Source: a candidate division WOR-3 bacterium (GTDB lineage Bacteria > Hydrothermota > 32-111). From it: 64,000 nucleotides of DNA. The notes under the pieces were generated by a model, which was not told where the DNA came from, did no database searches, and worked only from the letters and a program-made list of their open reading frames with translations. The translations under genes and the position numbers were made by a program. Numbering within the stretch: position 1 is the first letter of the stretch; every line of letters begins with the position of its first letter. This document shows, piece by piece, positions 1-10,558 of the stretch. The stretch spans positions 96,001 to 160,000 of the forward strand of contig JBBFKX010000002.1 in NCBI GenBank assembly GCA_037481815.1, in the 5' to 3' direction.

Positions 1-452
1 ATTCCATTGGTTTTTCCTTTATGTTCTTCTATAGTCAAATAATCAGCAAGTACCTGGCAGGGATGTTCTTTGTCTGATAGTCCATTTATAACAGGGATTT
101 TTGCATATTTTGCAAGATCTTCGACAGATTTGTGTGCAAAAACTCTCGCCATTATTATATCAACCATTCTATCAAGATTTCTTGCTATATCAGGAACACT
201 TTCCCTAGAACCAAGGGATATATCCTTTGGACCAAGATATATCGCATGTCCACCAAGTTGTGTGAAACCTGTTTCAAAACTAACTCTTGTTCTTAAAGAA
301 GGTTTTTCAAAAATCATAGCGAGTGTCATCTGGTTAAAACAATTACGATATTTTTTCGTTTTAACTTCCTTTTTTACTTTTTTTGCGAGTTTGAAAATCT
401 CTAAAATCTCTTCTTTTGTTAAATCAAGAATTGAAACAAGATCCTTTTTCAT
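1..452 (-). CDS. argF: Ornithine carbamoyltransferase, 5' part (truncated by window start; not in ORF track)
   Basis: Manual translation from ATG 452 (GGAGG at 457-461): MKKDLVSILDL...FEKPSLRTRVSFE...GGHAIYL...NGLSDKEHPCQVLAD, i.e. the carbamoyl-phosphate binding and HPxQ motifs. Confidence 0.93.
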   Translation of the reverse strand, partial: MKKDLVSILDLTKEEILEIFKLAKKVKKEVKTKKYRNCFNQMTLAMIFEKPSLRTRVSFETGFTQLGGHAIYLGPKDISLGSRESVPDIARNLDRMVDIIMARVFAHKSVEDLAKYAKIPVINGLSDKEHPCQVLADYLTIEEHKGKTNG

Positions 453-465
453 CTTACCTCCATTT

Positions 466-948
466 TTATTCAAAAATTTTTGCTTGAAATTCTTCAACCA
501 ATTTTGAAGTCAATTCAGTATGTTTTTTTGAAATGTTTTCTATCAATTTTTTCAACCTTTCAAAATCTATATCATCAACAGATTTTATAGAAAAAAGAAT
601 AGAAAAATTTTTTTCAACTCCAATCGAAATATCTATCAATGATAAATTTTCTTCAAGTAATTTTCTATAGTATGGAAGGATATTGTTTTTTGGAAGATAT
701 GTCAAGGGTGAAATCAATTTTATGAAAAATTTACCATCCTCTTTTATGAGATATAGATATATGGGTGTTATTCCAATCTTGAAAAACCAACCGAACATAT
801 TTTTATCAGATAGTTCCAGTTTTGCGTCTTCATGTGTTGTTCCAACAGTTGATAGAATTTCCTCTATTATTTTTAAAACATCTTCTATCTCGTCGTTTTT
901 TTCAGTACCAAAAATTTTTTTTACTATATGCAATATATCCATAATCAC
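466..948 (-). CDS. Hypothetical protein, YbjN/CesT chaperone-like fold
   Basis: 160 aa; WxFxIG...PLxxLP...YRKLLEEN pattern resembles YbjN-like domains; overlaps the protease stop. Confidence 0.5.
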   Translation of the reverse strand: MIMDILHIVKKIFGTEKNDEIEDVLKIIEEILSTVGTTHEDAKLELSDKNMFGWFFKIGITPIYLYLIKEDGKFFIKLISPLTYLPKNNILPYYRKLLEENLSLIDISIGVEKNFSILFSIKSVDDIDFERLKKLIENISKKHTELTSKLVEEFQAKIFE

Positions 949-1718
949 TCCAGATCAAGGTTGTGCCCGCATTTTTTACACCACCTATTTTCTGGTGGAT
1001 TTTTTTCACCGCATTCAGAACATTTTTTGTACTTAGTCTTTCCTTTTTCAGAATTTTCAATAAGTTTCGCACCACAATTTTCGCACCATAAAGAGTTTGT
1101 TGTGTTTCTATACCCACAAACATTACAGTAAACACTATCAGGGGTTAGTTTGTATTTTTTTATTGTTAGATTTATTAGAGGTAAGATATCAACAACAGGT
1201 ATTGCGAATCCTATCCCAGATGCATCAGCAATTTTTAGTGTATTTATTCCTATAACTCTTCCCCTCTTATCTATGAGTGGTCCACCAGAATTCCCAGGAT
1301 TTATAGGCACATCCGTTTGGATGTATTTTATGCCACCGATCTCTCTATCAAGTGCAGAGATAATCCCTTTTGTAACAGTGTTTTCAAAACCCAAAGGATT
1401 ACCGTATGCGATAACCTCATCTCCAACCTTATAATCCTTCTGTTTAGCGACTGTGGCAATTTGAAAATTTTTATTCGATATTATTTTTATAAAGGCTATA
1501 TCCATATCAAAATTTGATTCTATTACTTTTGCTTTAAAATTCGAACTATCAAACATCTGTATTTCACAATCGGTACTATCCTCCACCACATGAGCATTTG
1601 TTATAACTATTCCTGTTTTATCAGCTATAAAACCTGTACCAATGTTTTTATCAGTTTTCACAACAACTATGCTGTCCTTTAATTTTTCGATTATTTTAGA
1701 TATAGAAAAATTTTTCAT
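945..1718 (-). CDS. Trypsin-like (S1C) serine protease with C-terminal zinc ribbons, no PDZ
   Basis: TNAHVV, DIA and GNSGGP catalytic motifs; four CxxC pairs at the C-terminus. Confidence 0.9.
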   Translation of the reverse strand: MKNFSISKIIEKLKDSIVVVKTDKNIGTGFIADKTGIVITNAHVVEDSTDCEIQMFDSSNFKAKVIESNFDMDIAFIKIISNKNFQIATVAKQKDYKVGDEVIAYGNPLGFENTVTKGIISALDREIGGIKYIQTDVPINPGNSGGPLIDKRGRVIGINTLKIADASGIGFAIPVVDILPLINLTIKKYKLTPDSVYCNVCGYRNTTNSLWCENCGAKLIENSEKGKTKYKKCSECGEKNPPENRWCKKCGHNLDLE

Positions 1719-2971
1719 TTCTTTTTTATTTCTTTTAAGATCTCCTGTGCTGCTTCATCGAGAACCTTTTTACTATCCTGATTACCTTTTATAGCGTATT
1801 CAAGTGCATTCCCAAGGTATTTTCTTCCGAGATACCAAATTCTATCCTGTGGTTCCATATAAGAATTTTCAAGTTGTAAATAGACATCTTTCAGTCCAGG
1901 ATATTCTTCAAATCTTTTTTTCAACAGTTCAGAATCCATCGAACTTTTTCTTACAGGCAAATAACCTGTTCTGTATGACCAGTAAGATTGTATTTCAGGT
2001 GAAGTGAAATATTTTATAAATTTAACTGCTCCTTCTTTTTGTTTCTTGGAAGATTTTTTAAAAACAGCAACATTTGTTCCAGAAATTACAACGGCCTTCT
2101 TATCTCCAGCCGGCACAGGGGCCACTCCAAACTCAAACTCAGGTTTTGCTTCTTTGATGAAAGATAAAGAAACAGTTGAACCATAAATTATAGCAACTTT
2201 TTTAGCAAGAAAGTCATCCTGATGTTGATACCCTGTTGTTATGTAGCCACTTTTATCAACATTTATTATCCTTTTGTCTATTTCTATTGCCTTTACACCA
2301 GCAGGTGTATTAAACAATGGATTCATATTTGAATCCACGAGTGCACCATTGTACTGAAACAATCTGCATTCAAACATCCACACATTAATATTGAATGCTG
2401 TTCCATGCAGATCTATTTTCCCATCTTTATCCAAATCAACAGTCAACTTTTTTGTAACGGAAATAAACTCTTCCCAATTATCAGGGAATTTTTCAATAGA
2501 AAATTTTTTAAACATATCTTTGTTGTAAAAATACGCTGGAACTGATTTGTTGAAAGGCAGTGATAAAAGTTTTCCATTGAAAGTATTATCCTTAACAAAA
2601 ATTTCAAAAAAATCATTTTCAATATCTTTTTTAAAGTCTTCATCGATAAGTTCTTCAATCGGTTCAATAACTCCACTATTATAGAATTCGCTCGTCCATG
2701 ACTCATAAACCTGAGATATTACAGGAGGATTTGACATTGAAGCCATCAACTTTGTTGATAATGCTTCATAGGTACCAACTGAAATGGGCACTATTCTATA
2801 TTCAGGATTTTTCATATTGAACGAATCAACTATTTCCTTCAAAGCATCTCCAGCAGGGCCACCCATCACATGCCAGAAAGTAATTTCGGTGACATCTTTG
2901 TCTTTTATATCACATGAAAGTAAAAAGAAAATTGTGAAGATGATCATTATTGAAATTTTTAAATATTTCAT
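1715..2971 (-). CDS. ABC transporter substrate-binding lipoprotein (sugar/glycerol-3-phosphate type)
   Basis: Lipobox LLSC; ITFWH, LPFNKS..YFYNKD and TGYLPV motifs. Confidence 0.88.
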   Translation of the reverse strand: MKYLKISIMIIFTIFFLLSCDIKDKDVTEITFWHVMGGPAGDALKEIVDSFNMKNPEYRIVPISVGTYEALSTKLMASMSNPPVISQVYESWTSEFYNSGVIEPIEELIDEDFKKDIENDFFEIFVKDNTFNGKLLSLPFNKSVPAYFYNKDMFKKFSIEKFPDNWEEFISVTKKLTVDLDKDGKIDLHGTAFNINVWMFECRLFQYNGALVDSNMNPLFNTPAGVKAIEIDKRIINVDKSGYITTGYQHQDDFLAKKVAIIYGSTVSLSFIKEAKPEFEFGVAPVPAGDKKAVVISGTNVAVFKKSSKKQKEGAVKFIKYFTSPEIQSYWSYRTGYLPVRKSSMDSELLKKRFEEYPGLKDVYLQLENSYMEPQDRIWYLGRKYLGNALEYAIKGNQDSKKVLDEAAQEILKEIKKK

Positions 2972-2979
2972 AGATTCTC

Positions 2980-4041
2980 CTATTCATCAAGTGGTTTCAA
3001 AACGTATCCAAATTCTGTTTTCATATAAAAAAATCTATCAACTATTTTTTCATCAATCCATTTAAGATCAACAAGTTCTTTTAAATTTTCCGGGTATTTT
3101 CTATACTGTAAAAAGAAGACGGTCAAAACATTATCTATATTTTCCAACATATACCTATCCGTGGCTCTATATTTAACAACATGATAAGAAAAAACTTTTT
3201 TATAAAATCTTTTAACAAAAAAACCTGTTGAAGTTAAAACCAAAACAAAAATTACCAAAATGATCCAGTTTATAACAACCTTTATATCAAATGTGGCTTT
3301 TTCTTTAACCTCTTTTTTCTCCTCTTCGACTTCTCTTTTTTTCGTCTTTTCTATAAGATTCATCTTTAAAAGGTTATAAACTGATTGGTATGTTAAAAAT
3401 CTACCGAGTCCGCTTATTCTTATGAGATCTCCAAGTGATTTTTCAGGGGAGATTAAATCAAGAACACTTTTTTCTTCTAAACCGATATTCTCTGGGATTT
3501 GAGTGTTATCAACTTTTTTAAAATAGATATCGGTTGTCGGTAGAACCGATTGGATGTTTGGCCACTCATCCATCCTTCTCATACCTTCCATCATCAGCGC
3601 CTGTGTATTGATACTGACTTTTACTATAGAGTTTGGATACATTATCAGATCTTCAATGAATTCATAAGTACCGGTATCCCATATAAAAAGTTCATCAAAA
3701 ATTTCCTGGATCTTAAAATGTATTATCTCTTTTAATTGTTCCTGATCCACATATTTTTCATCTATCAAAATCTTTTCAAGAGGGACCTTTGTCTCACGAT
3801 GCATTTCTAAAATCTTTTTATAATTCTCAAATGTTATCTTACCACTGTTTACAAGGTATTCTTTTATCAATTCCTGAATGCCACCTCTTGTATAAACAGC
3901 ACCATTTACATTACCTTTGATAAAACCTATTTCGATCTTGTCATTCTTCTTGTTTAGAACCAAAACACCGGTCTTTTCGGTTTGTGCTATAAAACCTATA
4001 ATATTTGGCAGGTCATCTTTTGATCTTAATTCACCTTTCAT
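2980..4041 (-). CDS. DUF4388 (PatA-N-like) domain membrane protein
   Basis: MKGEL...KTGVL...IGFIKG...W.TG.YEF...LMMEGMRRMDEW; one C-terminal TM helix. Confidence 0.75.
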   Translation of the reverse strand: MKGELRSKDDLPNIIGFIAQTEKTGVLVLNKKNDKIEIGFIKGNVNGAVYTRGGIQELIKEYLVNSGKITFENYKKILEMHRETKVPLEKILIDEKYVDQEQLKEIIHFKIQEIFDELFIWDTGTYEFIEDLIMYPNSIVKVSINTQALMMEGMRRMDEWPNIQSVLPTTDIYFKKVDNTQIPENIGLEEKSVLDLISPEKSLGDLIRISGLGRFLTYQSVYNLLKMNLIEKTKKREVEEEKKEVKEKATFDIKVVINWIILVIFVLVLTSTGFFVKRFYKKVFSYHVVKYRATDRYMLENIDNVLTVFFLQYRKYPENLKELVDLKWIDEKIVDRFFYMKTEFGYVLKPLDE

Positions 4042-6104
4042 TTTTCTTCCCTTATTGTTAAAAAACTTATAAGATAAAATATGAGTATCAAAAATAAGAA
4101 TAAAAATCTAATGTCAAAAAATTTCAACTCGAGTATTATATCAGTATTTTTTCTTAGAAAAATGTTTTGAGAAAATATAAAAATTAAAGAGATCAAAGAG
4201 AGAACCATTAAAATTCCACCTTTGAAATATTGCCCTTCATAGATTTTCCCAAACCCAGGGAATATTAAAGATAATATTTTTCTCACAAGATAATTTTTTT
4301 TCTTTTTTAATCTAACAAAAGATTCAAATTTTCTAATTTTCATTATATCAGATATAGTATCATTTATCGTTTTGTAATCGTTCACACAAATATCTTTATC
4401 ATTATACTTTATTTTATCACCATCAGATATTGGTGAATTACAGGTATAACATCTAAAAATTCTAATCTTATGACTGGTCAAAAGATTTAAAATTAAAGAA
4501 AGAACCAAGGTAAAAAATGGGATTATATTAAAAAGATCGATTCTTAAACCCATCATAACAGGTGTATCCATTACATTTTTCTTTTTCAGAAACTCTTCAT
4601 ATATGAACCTTTCAGGTATCTTGCAATCTATAACAACAGTGTTGTAGAAATTTTCATCAGTATTTTCAAGAAAGGTGCTTATAAGTTCATAATTGAGTTT
4701 GTTTGCTTTTTCAATATATTGGTTTGATTCTTCAAGTCTTAAAAGTTTCAGATAGACCTGCCCAAGATTAAAATATGATTCAGCAATATTCGGATAAGTT
4801 TCAATTGCTTTATTGTAATACTCGATCGCTTTATTATAATAACCTTTCAAAAACATTATGTTTCCAAGGTTATTATAGAGTTCCGGGAAACTCTCTCCTT
4901 TTAAAAGTATCTTGGAATATTCACTTTCAGCTTCATCAAAAAAACCACCCTTTTTGTATAGTTTTCCCTTCGAGAAAAGAAGAGCAGTATTATATGGTTG
5001 CTCTTCAAGTAATAAATTCAACTTGTTCAAAAGTTTTGTGTTCCAATAAGAATTCTCAACTTTTAGAATTACACTTATGTTATCGTTAGGATTCAGATGA
5101 CCGATTATATGTGATTCAACCCTGTAAATCAAAGGTACAAAGAAAATTAGAAGCATAAGTGTTGAGATTATTACCTTATCCTTTTTATCATAGAAAATGA
5201 AAAGAAGGAATACAATATAGAAAAACCATACAATTACATTTATCTGCAATATTAAAGGAATAAAAAGTATAAACAAAGCAAGAAAAATTCTCTGTTTGGG
5301 AAGCAATTTCCATTTTACATAACGTTTGTAAAAATAAAAGTATTTGTCAAGATTTTTTATAGTGAGAATCAAAGAATAAAAAATAAAGATTAAAAGAATA
5401 AAATATCTTAAAAATTTCAAAATGTTGAAAAGGAAAACAAACTTTATAAAATCATCTCTGAAATAATTTTTATATCTACTCAAAGCAAAACCGATATATT
5501 CAAACCTTTTTTCTTTTAAACTTAAATTCAAGATGTTGTTAACTATCTGGAAATTGAATGGATCAAGTTTGTTGGCAAGTAAAAGATTTGAGAACGCTTC
5601 GTCAATATTTTTATTTTTATAATTTTCAATCGCTAAAATGTTCAAATACATTGAAATTTCGGGAAGTGAAGTTGCGCCTACCATGTACTTAAGTTTTTCA
5701 AGTTGATCTAACTCATACTTTATATAGTTCTTTACAACGTTCACAGAAAAAATTTGATACAACCTCAAATGTAAAAGATAATCAAGACCAGATTTCTCAG
5801 ATGCTTTCTGAAAATAGAATGAAGCAGAATCGACCTCCTTTTTATAATGGAATGTAAATCCATAAGCAAGGTATATGAAAGGGTTTTTATCTCCATCCTG
5901 TAGAATTTCTCTATATTTTTCCCTCATAAGATCGAAATCAATATCTGAAACAAGTCCCTCACCTCTTAACATTTTACCATACGCGGGGAAAATATCAAAA
6001 GCCTCATTCTCAAGAAGTATAACCTGTTTGAAAATATCGTTAACTTCCTGAGAAAAGGTTAGAAGTGAAATTGATATGAGAAAAATAAAAACTAACTTCT
6101 TCAT
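4038..6104 (-). CDS. Multi-pass membrane TPR protein
   Basis: Signal peptide, several hydrophobic segments, TPR motifs (YNNLGNI...KAIEYYNKAI; YFNLGQVY), C-terminal SLIFPGFG. Confidence 0.75.
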   Translation of the reverse strand: MKKLVFIFLISISLLTFSQEVNDIFKQVILLENEAFDIFPAYGKMLRGEGLVSDIDFDLMREKYREILQDGDKNPFIYLAYGFTFHYKKEVDSASFYFQKASEKSGLDYLLHLRLYQIFSVNVVKNYIKYELDQLEKLKYMVGATSLPEISMYLNILAIENYKNKNIDEAFSNLLLANKLDPFNFQIVNNILNLSLKEKRFEYIGFALSRYKNYFRDDFIKFVFLFNILKFLRYFILLIFIFYSLILTIKNLDKYFYFYKRYVKWKLLPKQRIFLALFILFIPLILQINVIVWFFYIVFLLFIFYDKKDKVIISTLMLLIFFVPLIYRVESHIIGHLNPNDNISVILKVENSYWNTKLLNKLNLLLEEQPYNTALLFSKGKLYKKGGFFDEAESEYSKILLKGESFPELYNNLGNIMFLKGYYNKAIEYYNKAIETYPNIAESYFNLGQVYLKLLRLEESNQYIEKANKLNYELISTFLENTDENFYNTVVIDCKIPERFIYEEFLKKKNVMDTPVMMGLRIDLFNIIPFFTLVLSLILNLLTSHKIRIFRCYTCNSPISDGDKIKYNDKDICVNDYKTINDTISDIMKIRKFESFVRLKKKKNYLVRKILSLIFPGFGKIYEGQYFKGGILMVLSLISLIFIFSQNIFLRKNTDIILELKFFDIRFLFLFLILIFYLISFLTIREEK

Positions 6105-6304
6105 TTTTTAAAAATTGCAAGAGGTATTAATACAATATAACCAATTGTTAAAAGGACTGGTGCAAACTTTAAATCACCTTTTGAAAGCAGAATATATCCT
6201 ACAAAAATGGATATCAAAGACAAAATGAAAATCGAGATGCTCAGTTTTGAAAATCTCACTCCTTCGATATCTTTTTTTATTTCATTATTCTTCTCTTTCA
6301 TCAA
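6101..6304 (-). CDS. Small 2-TM membrane protein (DUF3098-like)
   Basis: 67 aa; GYILL...APVLLTIGYIVLIP; coupled to both neighbours. Confidence 0.6.
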   Translation of the reverse strand: MMKEKNNEIKKDIEGVRFSKLSISIFILSLISIFVGYILLSKGDLKFAPVLLTIGYIVLIPLAIFKK

Positions 6305-7956
6305 AACTCCTTTTTTACAAAATTTGAATTTTTTATGTAATACACATCAAAGTTTAACCTGTTTTTTTTGAAAGAAATTCTTCCAGAGACACCTTTATAA
6401 TCCTGAACATTTTTCACATAATCATTTATACCTTTTCTATCTTTAACTCCACTTTTCAATAAACCGGATAAAAACTTAAACAGATCATAAGAAAGTATAA
6501 CAAATCTATCTGGCTCTTCGTTGTATCTATTATAGTAATTAAGTTTGAAATTTTGTATTCCAGGTGACAGGTCATCAGCAACTCTTGGATAAATTATATA
6601 AGTTTTTTTAAGGTAATCTTTTGCAAGCCTTATCAGGTTATCATTGTACCATAGAGACGAACCATACAAATAACAGTTAATATCTTTAAAAGCCAACTGT
6701 GTAGTTAAAAGTATAGCATCCTCATGATTCGTCGGAAGATAAATGGCATCAAAATTCATTTTTTTTATCAGATCGATCTTTTCAATAAAATCCTGAGTTC
6801 CAGGGGTATAAATTATATCAAAAACTATATTGATTCCTAACTTTTTAGATTCTCTTTTAAAAGCACTACTCATACTTCTTCCAAAAGAATCATCAGGATA
6901 TATTATTCCAACATTTTTAATGGTCGAATCTTTTTTTATTATTTGAGCTGTAAAAATAGCCTCTTCAATTAGAGTTCTATTTAAAAGAAATATGTTATCT
7001 TCAAAGTTTAACAGATCTCCATCAGTCGCTGTTGGGGTAAAAACTGGCAGAATTTTTCCATTGAAAAGATACGATCCAACTATAGCGGTTTCCTGACTTG
7101 TAAGGGGCCCTATCACAGCAACATAACTTTTGTCTTTGAATATGGAATCGATTAAAAGAAGCGTTTTAAAATTACTTCCTTCTGTATCAAAAACATTCAT
7201 AACAATATTTTCATCTTCATTTGCCATTGCACATCCTCTAAGGATCTGCTCTCCAAATCTTGCCATATCCCCTGTTAACTGTAAAAGTAATGCAATTTTT
7301 ATTTTTGATTGTTTTGTTTCTTTAATACCGAACAACTCTCTTTTTGTTTCCTCAGATTCGGGATATTCCTTTATCAATTTTTGTTTGTAAACCTCTGATT
7401 TTTCAAGTTCACCTTTTTCTTTGTAAATTTTAAACAAAGTTAACAGTATCAAAGGATTTATACTATCGTCACTGAAATTATAATAGATATATTCAAGTTC
7501 TGATTCGTTTAAATAACTCTTTATAAGATTCTGTAGATTCTTCAATGCATTAGTTTTATTGGGAGAATTTTCGGTCGTGAATTTAAAAACTTCATAAATC
7601 CATTTGAAAGATTCAAAATAAAGTTTTTTATTTATATAAGTATTCGCCATTTCAACTCTGATATTGTTTGTTACAGAATCAAATGGAAATCTCTCCGAAA
7701 GAAACTCAGCATAGGTTACTTTATTTGTAAAATATTGTGAAGGACTTTTTCTTATAAAACTAACAACAAGATCTTTCGTTTTTATATTTTCAGGATAGTT
7801 GGTTATAAAAAGATCGATTATCTTTATACTATTTTCAAAATCATTGTTTTCTAAAAATTTTTTCCCTTCAATATAAATTTTATCTATATCCTGTGAAAAG
7901 AGCAAAAAAGAAAACAATAAAAAGAATAACAAAAAATTAACTACTTTTAATCTCAT
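6301..7956 (-). CDS. Periplasmic binding protein, LppC/LpoA or branched-chain amino acid binding-like, with TPR-like N-terminus
   Basis: KIALLL.LTG, VIGPL.S, SYD motifs of the type I periplasmic binding fold; signal peptide. Confidence 0.7.
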   Translation of the reverse strand: MRLKVVNFLLFFLLFSFLLFSQDIDKIYIEGKKFLENNDFENSIKIIDLFITNYPENIKTKDLVVSFIRKSPSQYFTNKVTYAEFLSERFPFDSVTNNIRVEMANTYINKKLYFESFKWIYEVFKFTTENSPNKTNALKNLQNLIKSYLNESELEYIYYNFSDDSINPLILLTLFKIYKEKGELEKSEVYKQKLIKEYPESEETKRELFGIKETKQSKIKIALLLQLTGDMARFGEQILRGCAMANEDENIVMNVFDTEGSNFKTLLLIDSIFKDKSYVAVIGPLTSQETAIVGSYLFNGKILPVFTPTATDGDLLNFEDNIFLLNRTLIEEAIFTAQIIKKDSTIKNVGIIYPDDSFGRSMSSAFKRESKKLGINIVFDIIYTPGTQDFIEKIDLIKKMNFDAIYLPTNHEDAILLTTQLAFKDINCYLYGSSLWYNDNLIRLAKDYLKKTYIIYPRVADDLSPGIQNFKLNYYNRYNEEPDRFVILSYDLFKFLSGLLKSGVKDRKGINDYVKNVQDYKGVSGRISFKKNRLNFDVYYIKNSNFVKKEF

Positions 7957-8356
7957 AGGTATAACTCACATCACAACTTTTTTTTAACATTGCGGAGACA
8001 GAACAATATTTGTTAAAAGATAGTTCAATAGCCCTTTCTACCTTATCTTTTTCAAGGTTTTCTCCTTCAAAAAAATAGTGTATGTTGATCTTTGTGTAAA
8101 CTTTTGGATGTTCATCCGCTCTTTCCCCGGACACTGTTAATTTAAAATCTTTAACATTTTGCCTCATCTTTTTTAATATGGATATAACATCCATTCCAGT
8201 ACATCCAGCGAGTGAAACGAGAACAAGTTCCATCGGTGAAAAAAAATTTTTCATCACCTCTTCATCTTCTGATGAATTCATCAATATCTCTCCACTACCT
8301 TTTTTCGATACAAATTTTAAATCTTCTTTCCATTCTATATTAACAGTTTTTTTCAT
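7937..8356 (-). CDS. OsmC/YhfA family protein
   Basis: SPMEL..LAGCTGMDV and KYCSVS motifs. Confidence 0.9.
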   Translation of the reverse strand: MKKTVNIEWKEDLKFVSKKGSGEILMNSSEDEEVMKNFFSPMELVLVSLAGCTGMDVISILKKMRQNVKDFKLTVSGERADEHPKVYTKINIHYFFEGENLEKDKVERAIELSFNKYCSVSAMLKKSCDVSYTYEIKSS

Positions 8357-8844
8357 TTTTTCTCCTTATTTTCGATTATTTTTATATTATAGTTAAATTT
8401 TTCTTCAGGTTCAAGATAATCTATTATTAAAATCCCATTTATATGGTCAACCTCATGCTGGATCGCTCTTGCGTATATACCATCAAAAGTGTCTTCTTTT
8501 GGATTACCATTCTCATCAAAGTATTTAACCTTAACGGATTTACTCCTTGAGATGTTAACATTAAGGTCATTAAAAGATAAACAACCTTCCATCATCTTTT
8601 CCTTTTCTGTTGAAAACCATGTTATTACAGGATTAACCATTATATAAAGTTCTTTTTCATCCCCTATGAGTATTACCCGTTTGGTTATGCCTATCTGGTT
8701 TGCAGCAAGACCTATTCCCTCTTCTAAAAGCATCCCTTCTCTCATCGCATTGATTATATTTTTCAAAGTTTTATCAAAAGTTTTTATCTCTTCAGATTTT
8801 ATCCTCAATACAGGGTCAGGATATTTCCTTATTTTTTTCATCAT
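8353..8844 (-). CDS. def: Peptide deformylase
   Basis: GIGLAANQIG, EGCLS, QHEVDH; likely start ATG 8844 or 8841. Confidence 0.96.
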   Translation of the reverse strand: MMKKIRKYPDPVLRIKSEEIKTFDKTLKNIINAMREGMLLEEGIGLAANQIGITKRVILIGDEKELYIMVNPVITWFSTEKEKMMEGCLSFNDLNVNISRSKSVKVKYFDENGNPKEDTFDGIYARAIQHEVDHINGILIIDYLEPEEKFNYNIKIIENKEKK

Positions 8845-10558
8845 ATACCACCTTAATTCCAACTTCTTTTAACTGTTTTTCAGAAACATAATCGGGAGTA
8901 TTTTCCATCAATCCAATTCCATTCAACGTCTTCGGAAAAGCGATAACATCTCTGATATTTTCCTTTTTCAACAGAAGAGAAACCAACCTATCAATACCGG
9001 GGGCTATTCCTCCATGTGGAGGGGCTCCATATTTAAAAGCTTCAAGCAAAAATCCAAATTTTGATTCAAGTTCTTCCTCACTCATTCCGATTATTTTCAT
9101 AATCTCTTTTTGAATATTCCTGTCATGTATCCTGATACTTCCTGAAGCAAGTTCAATACCATTACATACAAGATCATAAGTATCAGCTCTCACTTTCAAA
9201 GGATCTTTTGACAACAACTCAAGATGTTCTTTTTTGGGCATGGTGAACATATGGTGGCATGCAACATATCTTTTTTCTTCTTCGTCATACTCAAAAAGAG
9301 GGAAATCGACGACCCACAAAAAGTTAAAATCTTTCTCATCGAAGAGATTTTTTAAGGAAGCCAATTTTTTCCTCAACATTCCAAGATACTCAAGTGTTCT
9401 TTTCCTTTTTCCACTTATAAAAAATATGGTTCCCTTTTCAATTCCAAAAACATTTTCATTAAAATATTTTGATACAGACCCTGACATTGTTGAACCATCA
9501 ATCTTCAAATATGCGATTCCATTTCCACCTGTTGATTTTATAAAATCGTTCAAAATATCTATCTCTTTTCTTGTGATTTCATTTTCAAAAACTATTCCAC
9601 CTGTAAACTCAGAATCGGTAAAAACCTTAAAATCTGTTTTCTTAACTATATCAGTATAATCTTTTATACAAAGATCAAACCTCAGATCGGGCTTATCTGT
9701 TCCATATTTTTCAAAAACTTCATCGTATGTCAACCGTTTGAAAGGTATCTCGATTTCAACATTGAAAATCTCTATAAATATCTTTTGAATCAACCTTTCT
9801 ATCAATGAAAGTATATCATCCCTTTCTATGAAAGACATCTCGATATCAAGTTGGGTAAACTCTGGTTGTCGATCTGCTCTCTGATCTTCATCCCTGAAGC
9901 ATCTCGCAATCTGAAAGTATCTATCGAACCCAGCGACCATTAGAAGTTGTTTATAAATTTGAGGTGATTGAACGAGTGCATAAAATTTCCCCTTATGGAT
10001 CCTTGATGGAACGAGAAAATCTCTTGCACCCTCAGGCGTCGATTTTGACATTATAGGAGTTTCGACCTCTACAAAACCTTCTTCAAACAAAAAGTTTCTT
10101 ATCGTTTTTATAATCTCAGATCTTTTTATGATCGTTTCTTTCATACAATTTCTTCTGAGATCAAGGTATCTATATTTCAACCTGAGTTCTTCTCCTGCCT
10201 TAACATCATCATCTAAAACAAATGGTAAAATTTCAGATTTGTTTATCACTTTTAAATCTTTTAAATCAACCTCTATCTCTCCGGTTTTCATTTCTTTATT
10301 TATCATATTTTCAGGTCTTTTCTTTACAACACCTGTTATCTGGATGACATCTTCATTTCTCAACTCTTTCACTTTTAATATAAGATCTTTTTTATCAGTG
10401 AAGATTTGAACAACTCCACTCCTATCCCTGAGGTCTATAAAAACTATGTTTCCATGATCTCTTACCCTGTTGACCCAACCTATCAGTTCAATCTCTTTTT
10501 CTAAAAATTCTGAATTTACAAATCCACACATCGAGGTTCTTAATGAAGTACCAAACAT
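8816..10558 (-). CDS. aspS: Aspartate--tRNA ligase
   Basis: RDHG..FIDLRD, FRDEDQRADRQPEFTQ, GAPPHGG. Confidence 0.98.
   Translation of the reverse strand: MFGTSLRTSMCGFVNSEFLEKEIELIGWVNRVRDHGNIVFIDLRDRSGVVQIFTDKKDLILKVKELRNEDVIQITGVVKKRPENMINKEMKTGEIEVDLKDLKVINKSEILPFVLDDDVKAGEELRLKYRYLDLRRNCMKETIIKRSEIIKTIRNFLFEEGFVEVETPIMSKSTPEGARDFLVPSRIHKGKFYALVQSPQIYKQLLMVAGFDRYFQIARCFRDEDQRADRQPEFTQLDIEMSFIERDDILSLIERLIQKIFIEIFNVEIEIPFKRLTYDEVFEKYGTDKPDLRFDLCIKDYTDIVKKTDFKVFTDSEFTGGIVFENEITRKEIDILNDFIKSTGGNGIAYLKIDGSTMSGSVSKYFNENVFGIEKGTIFFISGKRKRTLEYLGMLRKKLASLKNLFDEKDFNFLWVVDFPLFEYDEEEKRYVACHHMFTMPKKEHLELLSKDPLKVRADTYDLVCNGIELASGSIRIHDRNIQKEIMKIIGMSEEELESKFGFLLEAFKYGAPPHGGIAPGIDRLVSLLLKKENIRDVIAFPKTLNGIGLMENTPDYVSEKQLKEVGIKVVYDEKNKEIS

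Noticed and set aside
1..452. SLRT instead of STRT suggesting a non-ornithine transcarbamylase
   Set aside because: This variation occurs among transcarbamylases, and the specificity-determining C-terminal half is outside the window
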